From Alphaproteobacteria bacterium (lineage in GTDB: Bacteria; Pseudomonadota; Alphaproteobacteria; UBA828), in contig CBDCQT010000012.1 in assembly GCA_965220745.1 (NCBI GenBank), forward strand, positions 160,001 through 224,000: a stretch of 64,000 nt of DNA, in the 5' to 3' direction. The position numbers and the translations under genes were made by a program. The notes under the pieces are model-generated. The model saw nothing but the letters and a program-made list of their open reading frames with translations. It ran no database searches and was not told the DNA's origin. Below, piece after piece: positions 41,685 through 51,586 of the stretch (within the stretch, counting starts at the first letter, position 1; every line of letters begins with the position of its first letter).

Positions 41685-43862
41685 TCAGGCGACCCGCTTG
41701 GGAAACGTCTCGTGACCCCAGACCTGGCGTTCGCGGATCCATGGCAGCGGCTGTTGCGGATCGTCGGATTCGAACTCGCGCGCGAGCCTGTGGCCGTCGA
41801 AGATGGCGTTAGCGACGATGCGCGGGGCGTGGCAGTCGCCGACCCGATAGACCGCCTGGATGCCTTGGCCGGCCCACTCCGCGCTGCGCGCCTTGACCTC
41901 GCGAAACACCCTGTCGTCGCTCACCCGTGCCGTGCACAGGACGACACTGTCGCACTCCAGCTCAGTCACCTCGGTGCCGGCACGGCGCGAATACTCGCCC
42001 TTCTTTGGCGTCAACGTCCGAACATAGCCGTCCCGATAGAGGTAGAAAATCGCCAGCTTAACTGCATTGCCTATCTCCAATTTTTCCGCCCAATGCAGCG
42101 TATGTTGCTCGATGTTCTTCTCGTGCATCATGCGGCGAATATCGTGAATCTCCTCGGTATAGATGCAGTGAGACGCGACGTTATCGAAGTTGGTGACGAT
42201 GCTGACGTCTTTGCCTTGATCGGCAAGCAGCTCCGCCATGCTCACGCCGGTGTAATAGCCCTCGTAGTCGAGCACGACGACGCGCTCTCCGGTCTCCTTG
42301 CCGGCCATGATCTGCTCGGGAGTGCAGATTTCCGGTAGCGACGCATCTGCGCCGCTGAGCGGGGCCTGGGTCACGCCGCCGAGACCGTTCGTCGACCAAC
42401 GCGCTCCGGTGGCGAAGACCACCTTGTCGGCGCCGTATTCCAGAACGCTGTCGGCGCTCATCTCGCCGACCCCGGTGTGCACCTCGACGTTCTTGAGCTT
42501 GTCCAGCTGGCCCTGCCTGTAGCTGATGACGCGGCCCCATTCGGCGAGATGGGGATAGCGCATGATGTCCTTCATGCAGCCGCCGGTCTCGTCCAACGCC
42601 TCGCGCAGGTGGACGTCGTAGCCCCGCTCTCCCAGGACACGCGCGCACTCCATCCCTGCAGGGCCGGCGCCGACGACGAGAACTGAGCACGGATCCTCCG
42701 CGCGCTCGAACTTCTCAGGATGCCAGCCGCGCCGGTATTCCTCCATCGACGTGGCGTTCTGCGTGCAGATCAGGGGCGTCGTCTGCCACCACTTCGAGAG
42801 ACACATGTTGCAGCCGATGCATTCGCGGATGTCGTCGGTCCGGCCTTCGTCGATTTTGTTGGGGAGGAAGGGATCGGCGATGGAGGGACGCGCGGCGCCG
42901 ATCAGGTCGGCCTGCCCGGACTTGATGATCTGCACCATCTCATCGGGGCTGGTGACACGGCCGGCGCTGACCACCGGAACACTACAGGCCTTCTTGGCTT
43001 CCCTGATCCAGGGCGCCATGTAGTTGGAGGCCGTGGAGCGCGAGGCGGCGATTTCCAGCGCGAGCTCGGAGTAGCGGCCGACCTTCATGTCCCAGACGTC
43101 GCACAGGCCTTCCCTCTCGTGAAGCTCGATGAAGCGAATGCCGTCCTCCCAGACCTCGAGCCCGTCCGGGCCGTCCATGGTATCGACCGAATAGCGATAG
43201 CCGACCGCGCACTCATCGCCGACGGCCTTTTTGGTCGCCTCCGAGACTTCGAGGGCAAAGCGAGCGCGGTTCTCCATCGAGCCGCCGTACTTGTCCGTCC
43301 TCTTGTTGTAGTAGGGCTGAAGGAACTGGTTCATGATCATCGAGTCCGAAACCAGGTTCTCGATGATGTCGAAGCCTGCATCCCGCGCCCGCTTCGCCGC
43401 ATCGACGTGCATCTGGATGACGGCGCGGATGTCGTCGTCGTCCATCTCGCAGGTGCTCGCCAGGGGAATCGCCTCCGACGGCGCTTGACTGGGCGCACGG
43501 CTGATCGCGCGGGATTCACCGCTCTGAGAGTGCAAACCGGCGTAGTAGAGCTCGACGCCGGCCAGCGCGCCGTGCGTGTGAATGCTGTCTGTCACGTGCC
43601 GCAGGCTGATCACGTCGCCTTCGTCCCAGAGACGCGCGGACCAATGCGGTGAATCGTCTGATTCCGGGTGGATCGCGGTGTACTCGATGAAGACGGTCCC
43701 CCAACCGCCTTCGGCTTTCATGCCGCGGAACGCGGCCTGGGTGCCGGGGCGATCCGAGCCCGCGCTGTTGCAATGGGGCGTCTGCCAGAACCGATTCTTC
43801 GTTGCTTTTGGGCCGACATTGACCGACTCAAACAAAACGTCGTGTTCTGGATTTCGCGCCAT
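41685..43862 (-). CDS. trimethylamine/dimethylamine dehydrogenase-like flavoprotein (paralog 3)
   Basis: TPHCNSAGSDRPG, IEYTAIHPESD, ARLWDEGDV, ECIGCNMC...CTQNAT, GWHPEKF. Confidence 0.92.
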   Translation of the reverse strand: MARNPEHDVLFESVNVGPKATKNRFWQTPHCNSAGSDRPGTQAAFRGMKAEGGWGTVFIEYTAIHPESDDSPHWSARLWDEGDVISLRHVTDSIHTHGALAGVELYYAGLHSQSGESRAISRAPSQAPSEAIPLASTCEMDDDDIRAVIQMHVDAAKRARDAGFDIIENLVSDSMIMNQFLQPYYNKRTDKYGGSMENRARFALEVSEATKKAVGDECAVGYRYSVDTMDGPDGLEVWEDGIRFIELHEREGLCDVWDMKVGRYSELALEIAASRSTASNYMAPWIREAKKACSVPVVSAGRVTSPDEMVQIIKSGQADLIGAARPSIADPFLPNKIDEGRTDDIRECIGCNMCLSKWWQTTPLICTQNATSMEEYRRGWHPEKFERAEDPCSVLVVGAGPAGMECARVLGERGYDVHLREALDETGGCMKDIMRYPHLAEWGRVISYRQGQLDKLKNVEVHTGVGEMSADSVLEYGADKVVFATGARWSTNGLGGVTQAPLSGADASLPEICTPEQIMAGKETGERVVVLDYEGYYTGVSMAELLADQGKDVSIVTNFDNVASHCIYTEEIHDIRRMMHEKNIEQHTLHWAEKLEIGNAVKLAIFYLYRDGYVRTLTPKKGEYSRRAGTEVTELECDSVVLCTARVSDDRVFREVKARSAEWAGQGIQAVYRVGDCHAPRIVANAIFDGHRLAREFESDDPQQPLPWIRERQVWGHETFPKRVA

Positions 43863-43977
43863 TGTTTAGTTCCCCCTGTTTGCACAATTGCACCCAAACT
43901 ATGACGTCGCATTGTCGCTTATTCGAGCATAGCCGATAGAGGCTCCGGTGCAAGTTTCATCTCTGGCTGCGCGACTG

Positions 43978-44020
43978 TCGACCGGTCGATTCAACACTGT
44001 CATGCGGTCCGACCGGTCGA
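43978..44020. promoter_or_regulatory. paired palindromic operator candidates in a divergent intergenic region
   Basis: TCGACCGGTCGA (43978-43989) and CGACCGGTCG (44010-44019), with centres 31 bp apart. Confidence 0.45.
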
Positions 44021-44106
44021 ACGCAGCCGGAGGCGGCGCCCTTGCCCGAGCGGGGCCACCGGTTGCAAGCTGGGTATCCAATGCCCGCAGGGAGGAGGAC
44101 GGCGCC

Positions 44107-45627
44107 ATGGCGGACTCACAATACGACGCGATCATCGTCGGCGCCGGCCACAACGGGCTGGTCGCTGCCTTCTATCTGGCGCGTGCCGGGCGCAAGGTGC
44201 TGCTCTGCGAGCGAAGGCCGTTCGTCGGCGGTGCGTGCGCGACCGAAGAGCTTTTCGAGGGCTACCGCGTCTCGTCCTGCTCCTACGTCATGTGGAAACT
44301 GGAGCAGAAGGTGCGCGACGACATGGGGCTCGACGCGCGCGGGTTGACCATGCACCTGATCGACCCGCCCGTGTTCCTGCCTTACGAAGACGGCTCGCAC
44401 GCATTCCTTCACTACGACATGGAGCGCACGATCGATTCGATCGCGCGGCTGAACGCGCGCGATGCCGAGCGCTTTCCCGAGTGGGTGGACCTGTGGAGCC
44501 GGGCGACCGGGCTGGTGCAGCCCTACATGCTGACCGACCCGCCGACGCTCTCCGACGTTTGGGAGCGTGCCAGGGAAAACGGCGACGAGGCCGTGCTGGA
44601 GCGCTTTCTGACCACCTCCCTCGTCGACCTCGCGGCTGACTATTTCGAGGACGAGCGCGTGCGCGCGATGATGCTCTACGTGCAGGATATGGCCGACCCC
44701 TACGCCAATGGCAGCGCCTGGGCAGAGGTTTTCTTCCAGTTCGGCGCCGCCGGCGGACACGGCTTCTACGTCGTGGAAGGCGGCATGGGCTCCATCACCC
44801 GCTATATGGCCGAGGCGGTCGAAGAGCAGGGCGGCGAGATCCGCTGTGACGCCCCGGTCGCGCAGGTGCTGGTGGAGGACGGCGCGGCCACCGGCGTGCG
44901 CCTCGGCTCGGGCGAAGAGATCCGCGCGCAGATCGTGCTCTCGAATGCCGATCCCAAGCGCACCTACCGCACTCTCTTCGCGCCAGAAGACCTGCCGGGC
45001 GATCTCCTGGACCGCGTGGAACGGCTCAAGACCGAAACCGGCTACTTCAAGTTTCATTGCGTGATGGATGAGCCCCCGGACGTTTCAGGCTATCTCAACG
45101 GCTACGATGGCCCGCCGATCTCTTACATCCTGATAGCGCCGAGCCTGGATCACTACGCCCTGGCGGGTGCGGAAATGCGCGCAGGCGAGCCCTGCGGCGA
45201 GCCGATCTGCCACCTTCAGGTGCCGACCCTCTACGACGACACCCTGACCGATCGGGACGGGCACATCTGCTCGATCTGGGGTCTCTACGCGCCTCCCCGT
45301 CTCGCCACAGGCACCTGGGAGGAGCGCCGCGAAGAGGTGGGCGAAGGAGTAATCGACTACGTGACGCAGTTCGTTCCCAACTTCCGCTCCGCCATCCGGG
45401 AATGGATGTTCATGAGCCCCTGGGACATCGAGCAGCGAACGGGGATCACCGACGGCGCCATCCGCCATCTCGACGTCGTGCCGAGCCAGTTCCTGAACGG
45501 GCGGCTCAGCTACGATACCGAAATCCGCAACTTCTACCTCTGCGGCGGCGGCACGCACCCGGCCGGCGAGGTCACCGGCGCTCCCGGTCACAACGCGGCC
45601 CACCACATTCTGCGCGCCAACGCCTGA
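44107..45627 (+). CDS. NAD(P)/FAD-dependent oxidoreductase, phytoene-dehydrogenase-like (PYROXD2-type)
   Basis: YDAIIVGAGHNGLVAA, VGGACATE, GGMGSI, YLCGGGTHPAGEVTGAPGHNAA. Confidence 0.9.
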   Translation: MADSQYDAIIVGAGHNGLVAAFYLARAGRKVLLCERRPFVGGACATEELFEGYRVSSCSYVMWKLEQKVRDDMGLDARGLTMHLIDPPVFLPYEDGSHAFLHYDMERTIDSIARLNARDAERFPEWVDLWSRATGLVQPYMLTDPPTLSDVWERARENGDEAVLERFLTTSLVDLAADYFEDERVRAMMLYVQDMADPYANGSAWAEVFFQFGAAGGHGFYVVEGGMGSITRYMAEAVEEQGGEIRCDAPVAQVLVEDGAATGVRLGSGEEIRAQIVLSNADPKRTYRTLFAPEDLPGDLLDRVERLKTETGYFKFHCVMDEPPDVSGYLNGYDGPPISYILIAPSLDHYALAGAEMRAGEPCGEPICHLQVPTLYDDTLTDRDGHICSIWGLYAPPRLATGTWEERREEVGEGVIDYVTQFVPNFRSAIREWMFMSPWDIEQRTGITDGAIRHLDVVPSQFLNGRLSYDTEIRNFYLCGGGTHPAGEVTGAPGHNAAHHILRANA

Positions 45628-45709
45628 CACCCCGGCCTCGCTTCGTGATCCCGACACCCCGCTGGTACACTCGCGCGCGCCAAGCACTGAGCCAAAGAGA
45701 CGGCAGCGG

Positions 45710-48157
45710 ATGACCCAGGGGTTTACCGACCAGGCGCGCGTCGTGATTATCGGCGGCGGGGCGATCGGCTGTGCCACCGCGTACCATCTGGCCAAACACG
45801 GCCGCGACGATGTCGTCCTGGTCGAGAAGGCCAAGCTCACGTCGGGCTCGACCTGGCACGCCGCCGGCGCTTTTGCGCAGTTCCGCACCGATCCCAATGC
45901 CGGCCGGCTCATGGCCTACGGTGCCGACCTCTACGCGTCGCTGGAGGAGGAGACCGGCCAGGCCACCGGCTGGCACCGGACGGGCGGCATGCGGGTCGCC
46001 TCCAATCGCGACCGTCGGCGCGAGTACGAGCGGGCGATCACGACGGCGCGCTCCTTCGGCGTCGAGATGGAGCTGATTTCCGCCAAGGAAGCGCAGGCAC
46101 TATTTCCCTTCATGACCATCGATCACGTGGATTGCGCGCTCTACATCCCCACCGACGGCGCCTTGAGCCCGTCGGATACGTGCATGGCGCTCGCCAAGGG
46201 GGCACGCCAGTACGGCGCCCGGCTCTTCGAGGACACGGCGGTTACCGGCTTCGAGATCGAGCAGGGCCGCGTCGCCGCCGTCGTTACGGAGCGCGGCACG
46301 ATCCGCTGCGAGATCGCGGTGATCTGCTGCGGCATCTGGTCGCGCGAGATTGGGCGGCTCGCGGGTGTGAACGTCCCGATCCAGCCCTCGCATCACTGCT
46401 ACTTCATCACCGAGCCGATCGAGGGCGTGACTCGCGACCTGCCGACGACGCGGGACCCGGACCTCTGGCACTACATCCGGGAGGAGGTCGGCGGGCTGCT
46501 CGTCGGCCAGTACGATCCCGATCCCATCCCGTTCACGGATCCGATCCCCAAGGACCATGAGTTCAAGCTCATGCCCGAGAACCTCGACCACTTCATGCCG
46601 CGGCTCGAGGGCTTGCTCGACTGGATTCCCGTGCTCAAGACCGCCGGCATCAAGAGCTGGTTCAACGGCCTGGAAGCCTTCACCGAGGATCAGAATCCGG
46701 TGATGGGCGAGGCGCCGGAGGTGCGCAACATCTTCGTGAGCGCGGGCTTCAACGCTTACGGGCTCACCGGCTGTGGCGGCGCCGGCATGGCGCTCGGCGA
46801 GTGGATTCTGAACGGCGAGCCGCCCTACGACATCTGGAGCTTCGACATCCGCCGCTTCGCCGGCTACCACCGCGCCGACAGCCAGGTTCTGGTGCGCTCT
46901 CTGGAGGGCCAGGGTCACCACTACACCATCGTCTGGCCCCGTGAGGAGATGAAGGCCGGGCGGCCGCTCAGGCGCAGCGCGATCTATGATCGCCTCAGGG
47001 ACAATCGCGCCTGCTTCGGCGCCAAGTTTGGTTGGGAGCGGCCCAACTGGTTCGCGCCCGAGGGTGTCGAGCCGGTGGAGATCGACAGCTTCACGCGCCC
47101 TCGCTGGCACGCGCACGTGGCCGTCGAGCACGCGGCTTGCAGGGACACGGCCGCGCTCTTCGACCAGTCGTCCTTCGCCAAGTTCGCGCTGGTCGGCCGC
47201 GACGCGGAGGCCTGCCTGCAGCGTATCTGTGCCGCCGATGTCGGCAAGCCACCGGGGCGGATCACCTACACACAAATGCTCAACCGGAACGGCGGGATCG
47301 AATGCGACCTGACCGTCGCGCGGATCGCAGAGGACTCCTTCTACATCGTTACCGGCACGGGCTTCGCGACCCACGACTTCGACCACATCAGCCGGAACAT
47401 CGACCCGGATGCCCACGCCTCGCTGGTCGACATCACCTCGGCCTACGGGGTGCTCGCGCTGATGGGGCCGCGCGCCCGCGAAATCCTCGCGTCCGTGGCG
47501 GAGGGCGAGCTGGGAGCGGAGGCATTCCCATTCGGTGCGGTGAGAGAAATCTACGTGGCGGGCGCGCCCGTTCGCGCCATGCGCATCACCTTCGTGGGCG
47601 AGCTGGGCTGGGAGCTTCACGTCGCCACCGAGTACATGCTCACGGTCTATGACGCGCTGAAGGCGGCAGGAGCCGCGCACGGTCTGCTTGACGCGGGCTA
47701 CTGGGCGATCAACAGCCTGCGGCTGGAGAAGGGCTACCGCGTCTGGGCGGCGGATATCGGCCCGGACTTCAACCCGCTGGAGGCGGGCCTCGGCTTCGCG
47801 GTCGCGTTCGACAAGCCCACGGCGTTCATCGGGCAGGACGCCGTGCGCAAGCAGCGGGAACAGCCGCTGACCCGCCGGCTCGCGACCTTCACCATCGACG
47901 ATGATCCGGAGGTGCAGCTCTGGGGCCGCGAGACGATCATCCGAAACGGCGAGCGCGTCGGCTGGCTCGCCTCCGGCGGCTTCGGCCATACCGTCGGCCG
48001 GAGCATCGGCATGGGCTATGTGCGGAACCCGGCGGGTGTCAGCGACGATTACCTGGCCAGCGGCACGTACTCGCTGGAAGTCGCGACCCGCGAGGTGCCG
48101 GCCGAGCTCCACCTGCGGCCGCTCTACGACCCCGGCAATGACCGGGTCAGGGCATGA
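45710..48157 (+). CDS. dimethylglycine/sarcosine dehydrogenase-like protein (FAD oxidoreductase + GcvT folate domain)
   Basis: IGGGAIG, SGSTWHAAG, GWERPNWF, DQSSFAK, VGELGWEL, SLRLEKGYR. Confidence 0.92.
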   Translation: MTQGFTDQARVVIIGGGAIGCATAYHLAKHGRDDVVLVEKAKLTSGSTWHAAGAFAQFRTDPNAGRLMAYGADLYASLEEETGQATGWHRTGGMRVASNRDRRREYERAITTARSFGVEMELISAKEAQALFPFMTIDHVDCALYIPTDGALSPSDTCMALAKGARQYGARLFEDTAVTGFEIEQGRVAAVVTERGTIRCEIAVICCGIWSREIGRLAGVNVPIQPSHHCYFITEPIEGVTRDLPTTRDPDLWHYIREEVGGLLVGQYDPDPIPFTDPIPKDHEFKLMPENLDHFMPRLEGLLDWIPVLKTAGIKSWFNGLEAFTEDQNPVMGEAPEVRNIFVSAGFNAYGLTGCGGAGMALGEWILNGEPPYDIWSFDIRRFAGYHRADSQVLVRSLEGQGHHYTIVWPREEMKAGRPLRRSAIYDRLRDNRACFGAKFGWERPNWFAPEGVEPVEIDSFTRPRWHAHVAVEHAACRDTAALFDQSSFAKFALVGRDAEACLQRICAADVGKPPGRITYTQMLNRNGGIECDLTVARIAEDSFYIVTGTGFATHDFDHISRNIDPDAHASLVDITSAYGVLALMGPRAREILASVAEGELGAEAFPFGAVREIYVAGAPVRAMRITFVGELGWELHVATEYMLTVYDALKAAGAAHGLLDAGYWAINSLRLEKGYRVWAADIGPDFNPLEAGLGFAVAFDKPTAFIGQDAVRKQREQPLTRRLATFTIDDDPEVQLWGRETIIRNGERVGWLASGGFGHTVGRSIGMGYVRNPAGVSDDYLASGTYSLEVATREVPAELHLRPLYDPGNDRVRA

Positions 48158-49131
48158 CGAAGACTCCCACCTCCGACGACGATGTCTACGATCTGATCGG
48201 CGGCGCCCGAGGCATGGAGGCGCGCAGCGGTGCGGCGGTCGAACGCGCCCGCGCGCTGCCGATCTGGAGCGGCCCGGTCGAGCCCGTCCTGCTGAGCGGG
48301 GGCTTGAGCAACATCAACCTCACCGCAGACGACGCTGGCGAGCGCTACGTGATCCGTGTTGGCGAGGACGAGCCCTTCTTCGGCGTCTCCCGCGAGAACG
48401 AGCTCCAGGCCTTCCGTGCCGCCCACGCGGCGGGCGTCGCGCCGGAGGTGGTCTACGCCGAGCCCGGCCTGATGGTGATCCGCTTCATCGAAGGCCGCTC
48501 GCTCCTGCCTGCCGACGTGCACGAACCCGCATGTCTCGCCAAGGTGGCCCGTCTCTTTCGTCAGCTCCATCGCGAGGCCCACAAGCACCTGGACTCGACG
48601 GGCTTCATGTTCTGGCCGTTCCAGCATCATCGCGCGTATATCCGGCTGCTGCAGGAGCGCTCCGACCGGCTCTACGGGCGATGGCGCGACATGCTGCCGG
48701 GCCTCGCCGCCGCGAACGAGGCGCTGGAGCGCACGATGGGGCCGGCGACCATCGTCTTCGGCCACAACGACCTCAACCCGCAGAACATCATGGACGACGG
48801 CGAGCGGGTCTGGTTCGTGGACTGGGAGTTCGGCGGGTTCACGGTGGATCTGTTCGACCTCGGCGTGCTCGCCATGAACATCGAGATCAGGCCGGACGAG
48901 ATCGACCCTTATCTCGAGCCCTATTTCGAGACGCCGGCCACCGATGAGCTGCGCCACCGCTTCGCCGCCGCGACGGTCGTCGCCGCCATCCGCGAGACGA
49001 CCTGGAGCTTCGTCTCCGAGGTGATGGACAAGCCCATCGACTTCGACTTTCGCATCTACTCCACGATGAATGCGGAGCGCTACGAGCGCATGTACGCCGA
49101 GTACCGCGACACCTACGGCGCCTCGGGGTAG
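48154..49131 (+). CDS. choline/ethanolamine kinase family phosphotransferase
   Basis: LSGGLSNIN, FGHNDLNPQNI, VDWEFGG; ATGA overlap with the upstream gene. Confidence 0.88.
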   Translation: MTKTPTSDDDVYDLIGGARGMEARSGAAVERARALPIWSGPVEPVLLSGGLSNINLTADDAGERYVIRVGEDEPFFGVSRENELQAFRAAHAAGVAPEVVYAEPGLMVIRFIEGRSLLPADVHEPACLAKVARLFRQLHREAHKHLDSTGFMFWPFQHHRAYIRLLQERSDRLYGRWRDMLPGLAAANEALERTMGPATIVFGHNDLNPQNIMDDGERVWFVDWEFGGFTVDLFDLGVLAMNIEIRPDEIDPYLEPYFETPATDELRHRFAAATVVAAIRETTWSFVSEVMDKPIDFDFRIYSTMNAERYERMYAEYRDTYGASG

Positions 49132-49146
49132 CGAGGAGAACGATCG

Positions 49147-50034
49147 ATGAGCGAAGAGAGACAGCCCGACGAGACCTGCCGTGTCGCCGTGGAGGGCGGC
49201 GAGGTGGCGGTCTACAGCTTCGGCACCGGCGAGCGCGTGCTTCTCTGTCTGCACGGCGGCCCCGGCCTGCCCTGCGACTACGTGCGAGACAGCCACTCGG
49301 TGTTGGCGGATCACGGCTATCGCGTGGTGGCCTACGACCAGCTCGGCTGCGGCCAGTCCGACAGGCCGGACGATACCTCGCTCTACAACGTCCCCCGCTA
49401 CGTTGACGAGGTCGAAGCGGTGCGGACCGCACTCGGGCTCGGCCGCGTCCACCTGCTCGGTCAGTCGTGGGGAACCTGGCTGGGCACCGATTACTGCCTG
49501 AAATATCAGGAGAACGTTGCGTCCTACGTGATCGCGAACGGTTCAGGCTGCGTGCCGCACACGGTCACCGAGATGAAGCGCCTCCGCGCCGCCCTCGGGC
49601 CCGAGACGGTGGCCATGATGCAGCGCCACGAGGCCCAGGGAACCACCGACCACCCTACGTATGAGGCCGCCATCACGATCCTGTACCACCGGCACCTGTG
49701 CCGGCTCGACGCGTGGCCCGCGTCCCTGCAACGCTCGCTCGACGGCATCAACATGGATGTCTACGGCACCATGTGGGGCCCCAACGAGTTCTGCTGCGTC
49801 GGTACGCTCAAGGACTGGGACCGGCTCGCTGAGATGGGGCGCATCAAGGTGCCCTGCCTGATCTTGAGCGGCCTCCACGACGAGCTCACGCCCGAAGGCG
49901 CCATGCTCATGCAGGACGTGCTGCCGAACGCGACGAGCGTGGTCTTTCCCAACAGCTCGCACACGCCGTTCTTCGAGGAGCCCGAGGCCTACTTCGCGGC
50001 GCTGCGCGACTTCCTCGATCGCCAGAGCGGGTGA
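49147..50034 (+). CDS. proline iminopeptidase-family alpha/beta hydrolase
   Basis: LHGGPG, YDQLGCGQSD, GQSWG, MWGPNEF, NSSH. Confidence 0.9.
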   Translation: MSEERQPDETCRVAVEGGEVAVYSFGTGERVLLCLHGGPGLPCDYVRDSHSVLADHGYRVVAYDQLGCGQSDRPDDTSLYNVPRYVDEVEAVRTALGLGRVHLLGQSWGTWLGTDYCLKYQENVASYVIANGSGCVPHTVTEMKRLRAALGPETVAMMQRHEAQGTTDHPTYEAAITILYHRHLCRLDAWPASLQRSLDGINMDVYGTMWGPNEFCCVGTLKDWDRLAEMGRIKVPCLILSGLHDELTPEGAMLMQDVLPNATSVVFPNSSHTPFFEEPEAYFAALRDFLDRQSG

Positions 50035-50048
50035 GCCCTCCAGCCGCG

Positions 50049-50834
50049 TTAGTGGATGCTGAGTCCTGCGCAGACGTTGATCGCCTGGCCGGTGACGTAG
50101 CGGCCGGGTTCGCCGGCGAGGTAGACGGCCATCTCGGCGATCGCAGTCGGCGGGATCAGGGCGCTCAGCATGTTGGTGCGCATGCTCTCGTCATAGACCT
50201 TCTCGTAGGGCTCGCCGAGATCGCGCGCCATGTCTTCATGCAGCGCCACCGCCATCTTGGTCTCGATCCAGCCGGGACAGATGGCGTTGACCCGGATGTT
50301 GTGCTCTCCCACCTCGGCGGCAAGACAGCGCACGAAGCCGACCAGGCCGTGCTTGGTCGTGTTGTAGGCGGTCCACTCCGCATCCGCCGTCTTGGCGTTG
50401 GTGGACGCGTTGAAGAGCTGCACACCGCCCGCGCCCTGCTCGATCATCGTTGGCAGCGTGTGCTTGGAGACCAGGTACGGCGCCTTCAGGTTGACGGCCA
50501 TGATCCAGTCCCACATGGCCTCGTCCATGTCGACGACCTTCTTGACGTCGGCGACCCCGGCGTTGTTCACGACCACGTCGATGCCGCCGAGCCGCTCGAT
50601 GGCGGCCTTGCACATCCCCTCGATGGCCGCGGCGTCGGTCAGATCGGCCGGTGCAGCGAAGGCCTTGCCGCCGGCATCGGCGATGGCGTCGAGTGTCTCC
50701 GCCGCCCGCGCTTCGCTCCGTGCGTGAACCGCGACCGTCGCCCCTTCTCGCGCGTAGGCCTCGGCGATGGCGCGCCCGATGCCGCTCGCGGCTCCCGTAA
50801 CCAGTGTCCGCTTGCCCTCCAGACCGACTCTCAT
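50049..50834 (-). CDS. SDR family oxidoreductase
   Basis: TGAASGIG, NNAG, YNTTK, NAICPG. Confidence 0.92.
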   Translation of the reverse strand: MRVGLEGKRTLVTGAASGIGRAIAEAYAREGATVAVHARSEARAAETLDAIADAGGKAFAAPADLTDAAAIEGMCKAAIERLGGIDVVVNNAGVADVKKVVDMDEAMWDWIMAVNLKAPYLVSKHTLPTMIEQGAGGVQLFNASTNAKTADAEWTAYNTTKHGLVGFVRCLAAEVGEHNIRVNAICPGWIETKMAVALHEDMARDLGEPYEKVYDESMRTNMLSALIPPTAIAEMAVYLAGEPGRYVTGQAINVCAGLSIH

Positions 50835-50875
50835 GGCTTTCTCCCCAAGGCTGTCGGCATCGCGACCAGCTTAGC

Positions 50876-51586
50876 CTAAGCAACGCCGAGATAGGTGTGC
50901 TGCACCTTGTCGTTCTCGCGCAGGTCGGCCGCCGGGCCCTCGAGAACGATCCGTCCCGTCTCCATCACGTAGCCTTTCTGGGCAAGCGCCAAGGCAAGAC
51001 GGGCGTTCTGCTCGACCAGCACGATCGTCCGCTTCTCGCTATGCAACGCACGGATGATGCGCGCGATTTCGCGGCACATGATGGGCGAGAGTCCGAGTGA
51101 CGGCTCGTCCATCAGAATCACGTTCGGCTTCGACATCAGCGCGCGTCCCATGGCGAGCATTTGCTGCTCGCCGCCGCTGAGCGTACCGGCGAGTTGGTTG
51201 GCGCGCTCCAGCAACCGGGGGAAGCGCCTGAACACGTCGTCGAAATCCGCGCGCAGGCCGTCGGCATCCTTGCGCAGGTAGGCGCCCATCTCCAAATTCT
51301 CGCGCACCGTCATCATGGGGAAGACGCGCCGTCCTTCGGGCACGTGGGCGATGCCAAGCCCGGCGATCTTCTCCGGCGAGGCGCCGTCGATGCGCTTGCC
51401 CTCAAGGCGGATTTCGCCGCCGCTCAGCCGTTCCAGGCCCGAGATCGCCCGCAATGTGGTGGACTTGCCCGCGCCGTTGGCACCGATCAGGGTGACGATC
51501 TCACCCTCCTCGACGCCGATGGTAATTCCCTTTACGGCCTCGATCTTGCGATAGCGGACCGATACGTCCTCGAGCTCAAGCAGCAA
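50876..51586 (-). CDS. livF: branched-chain amino acid-type ABC ATP-binding protein (LivF-like)
   Basis: GANGAGKST, VPEGRRVF, LSGGEQQML, DEPSLGL. Confidence 0.9.
   Translation of the reverse strand: MLLELEDVSVRYRKIEAVKGITIGVEEGEIVTLIGANGAGKSTTLRAISGLERLSGGEIRLEGKRIDGASPEKIAGLGIAHVPEGRRVFPMMTVRENLEMGAYLRKDADGLRADFDDVFRRFPRLLERANQLAGTLSGGEQQMLAMGRALMSKPNVILMDEPSLGLSPIMCREIARIIRALHSEKRTIVLVEQNARLALALAQKGYVMETGRIVLEGPAADLRENDKVQHTYLGVA

Noticed and set aside
46100-48112. Long antisense ORFs (also 10775-12124, 26477-27865, 39701-41203, 55846-57780, 59423-60883)
   Set aside because: These are shadows of well-supported genes on the opposite strand in high-GC DNA, with no recognisable motifs.
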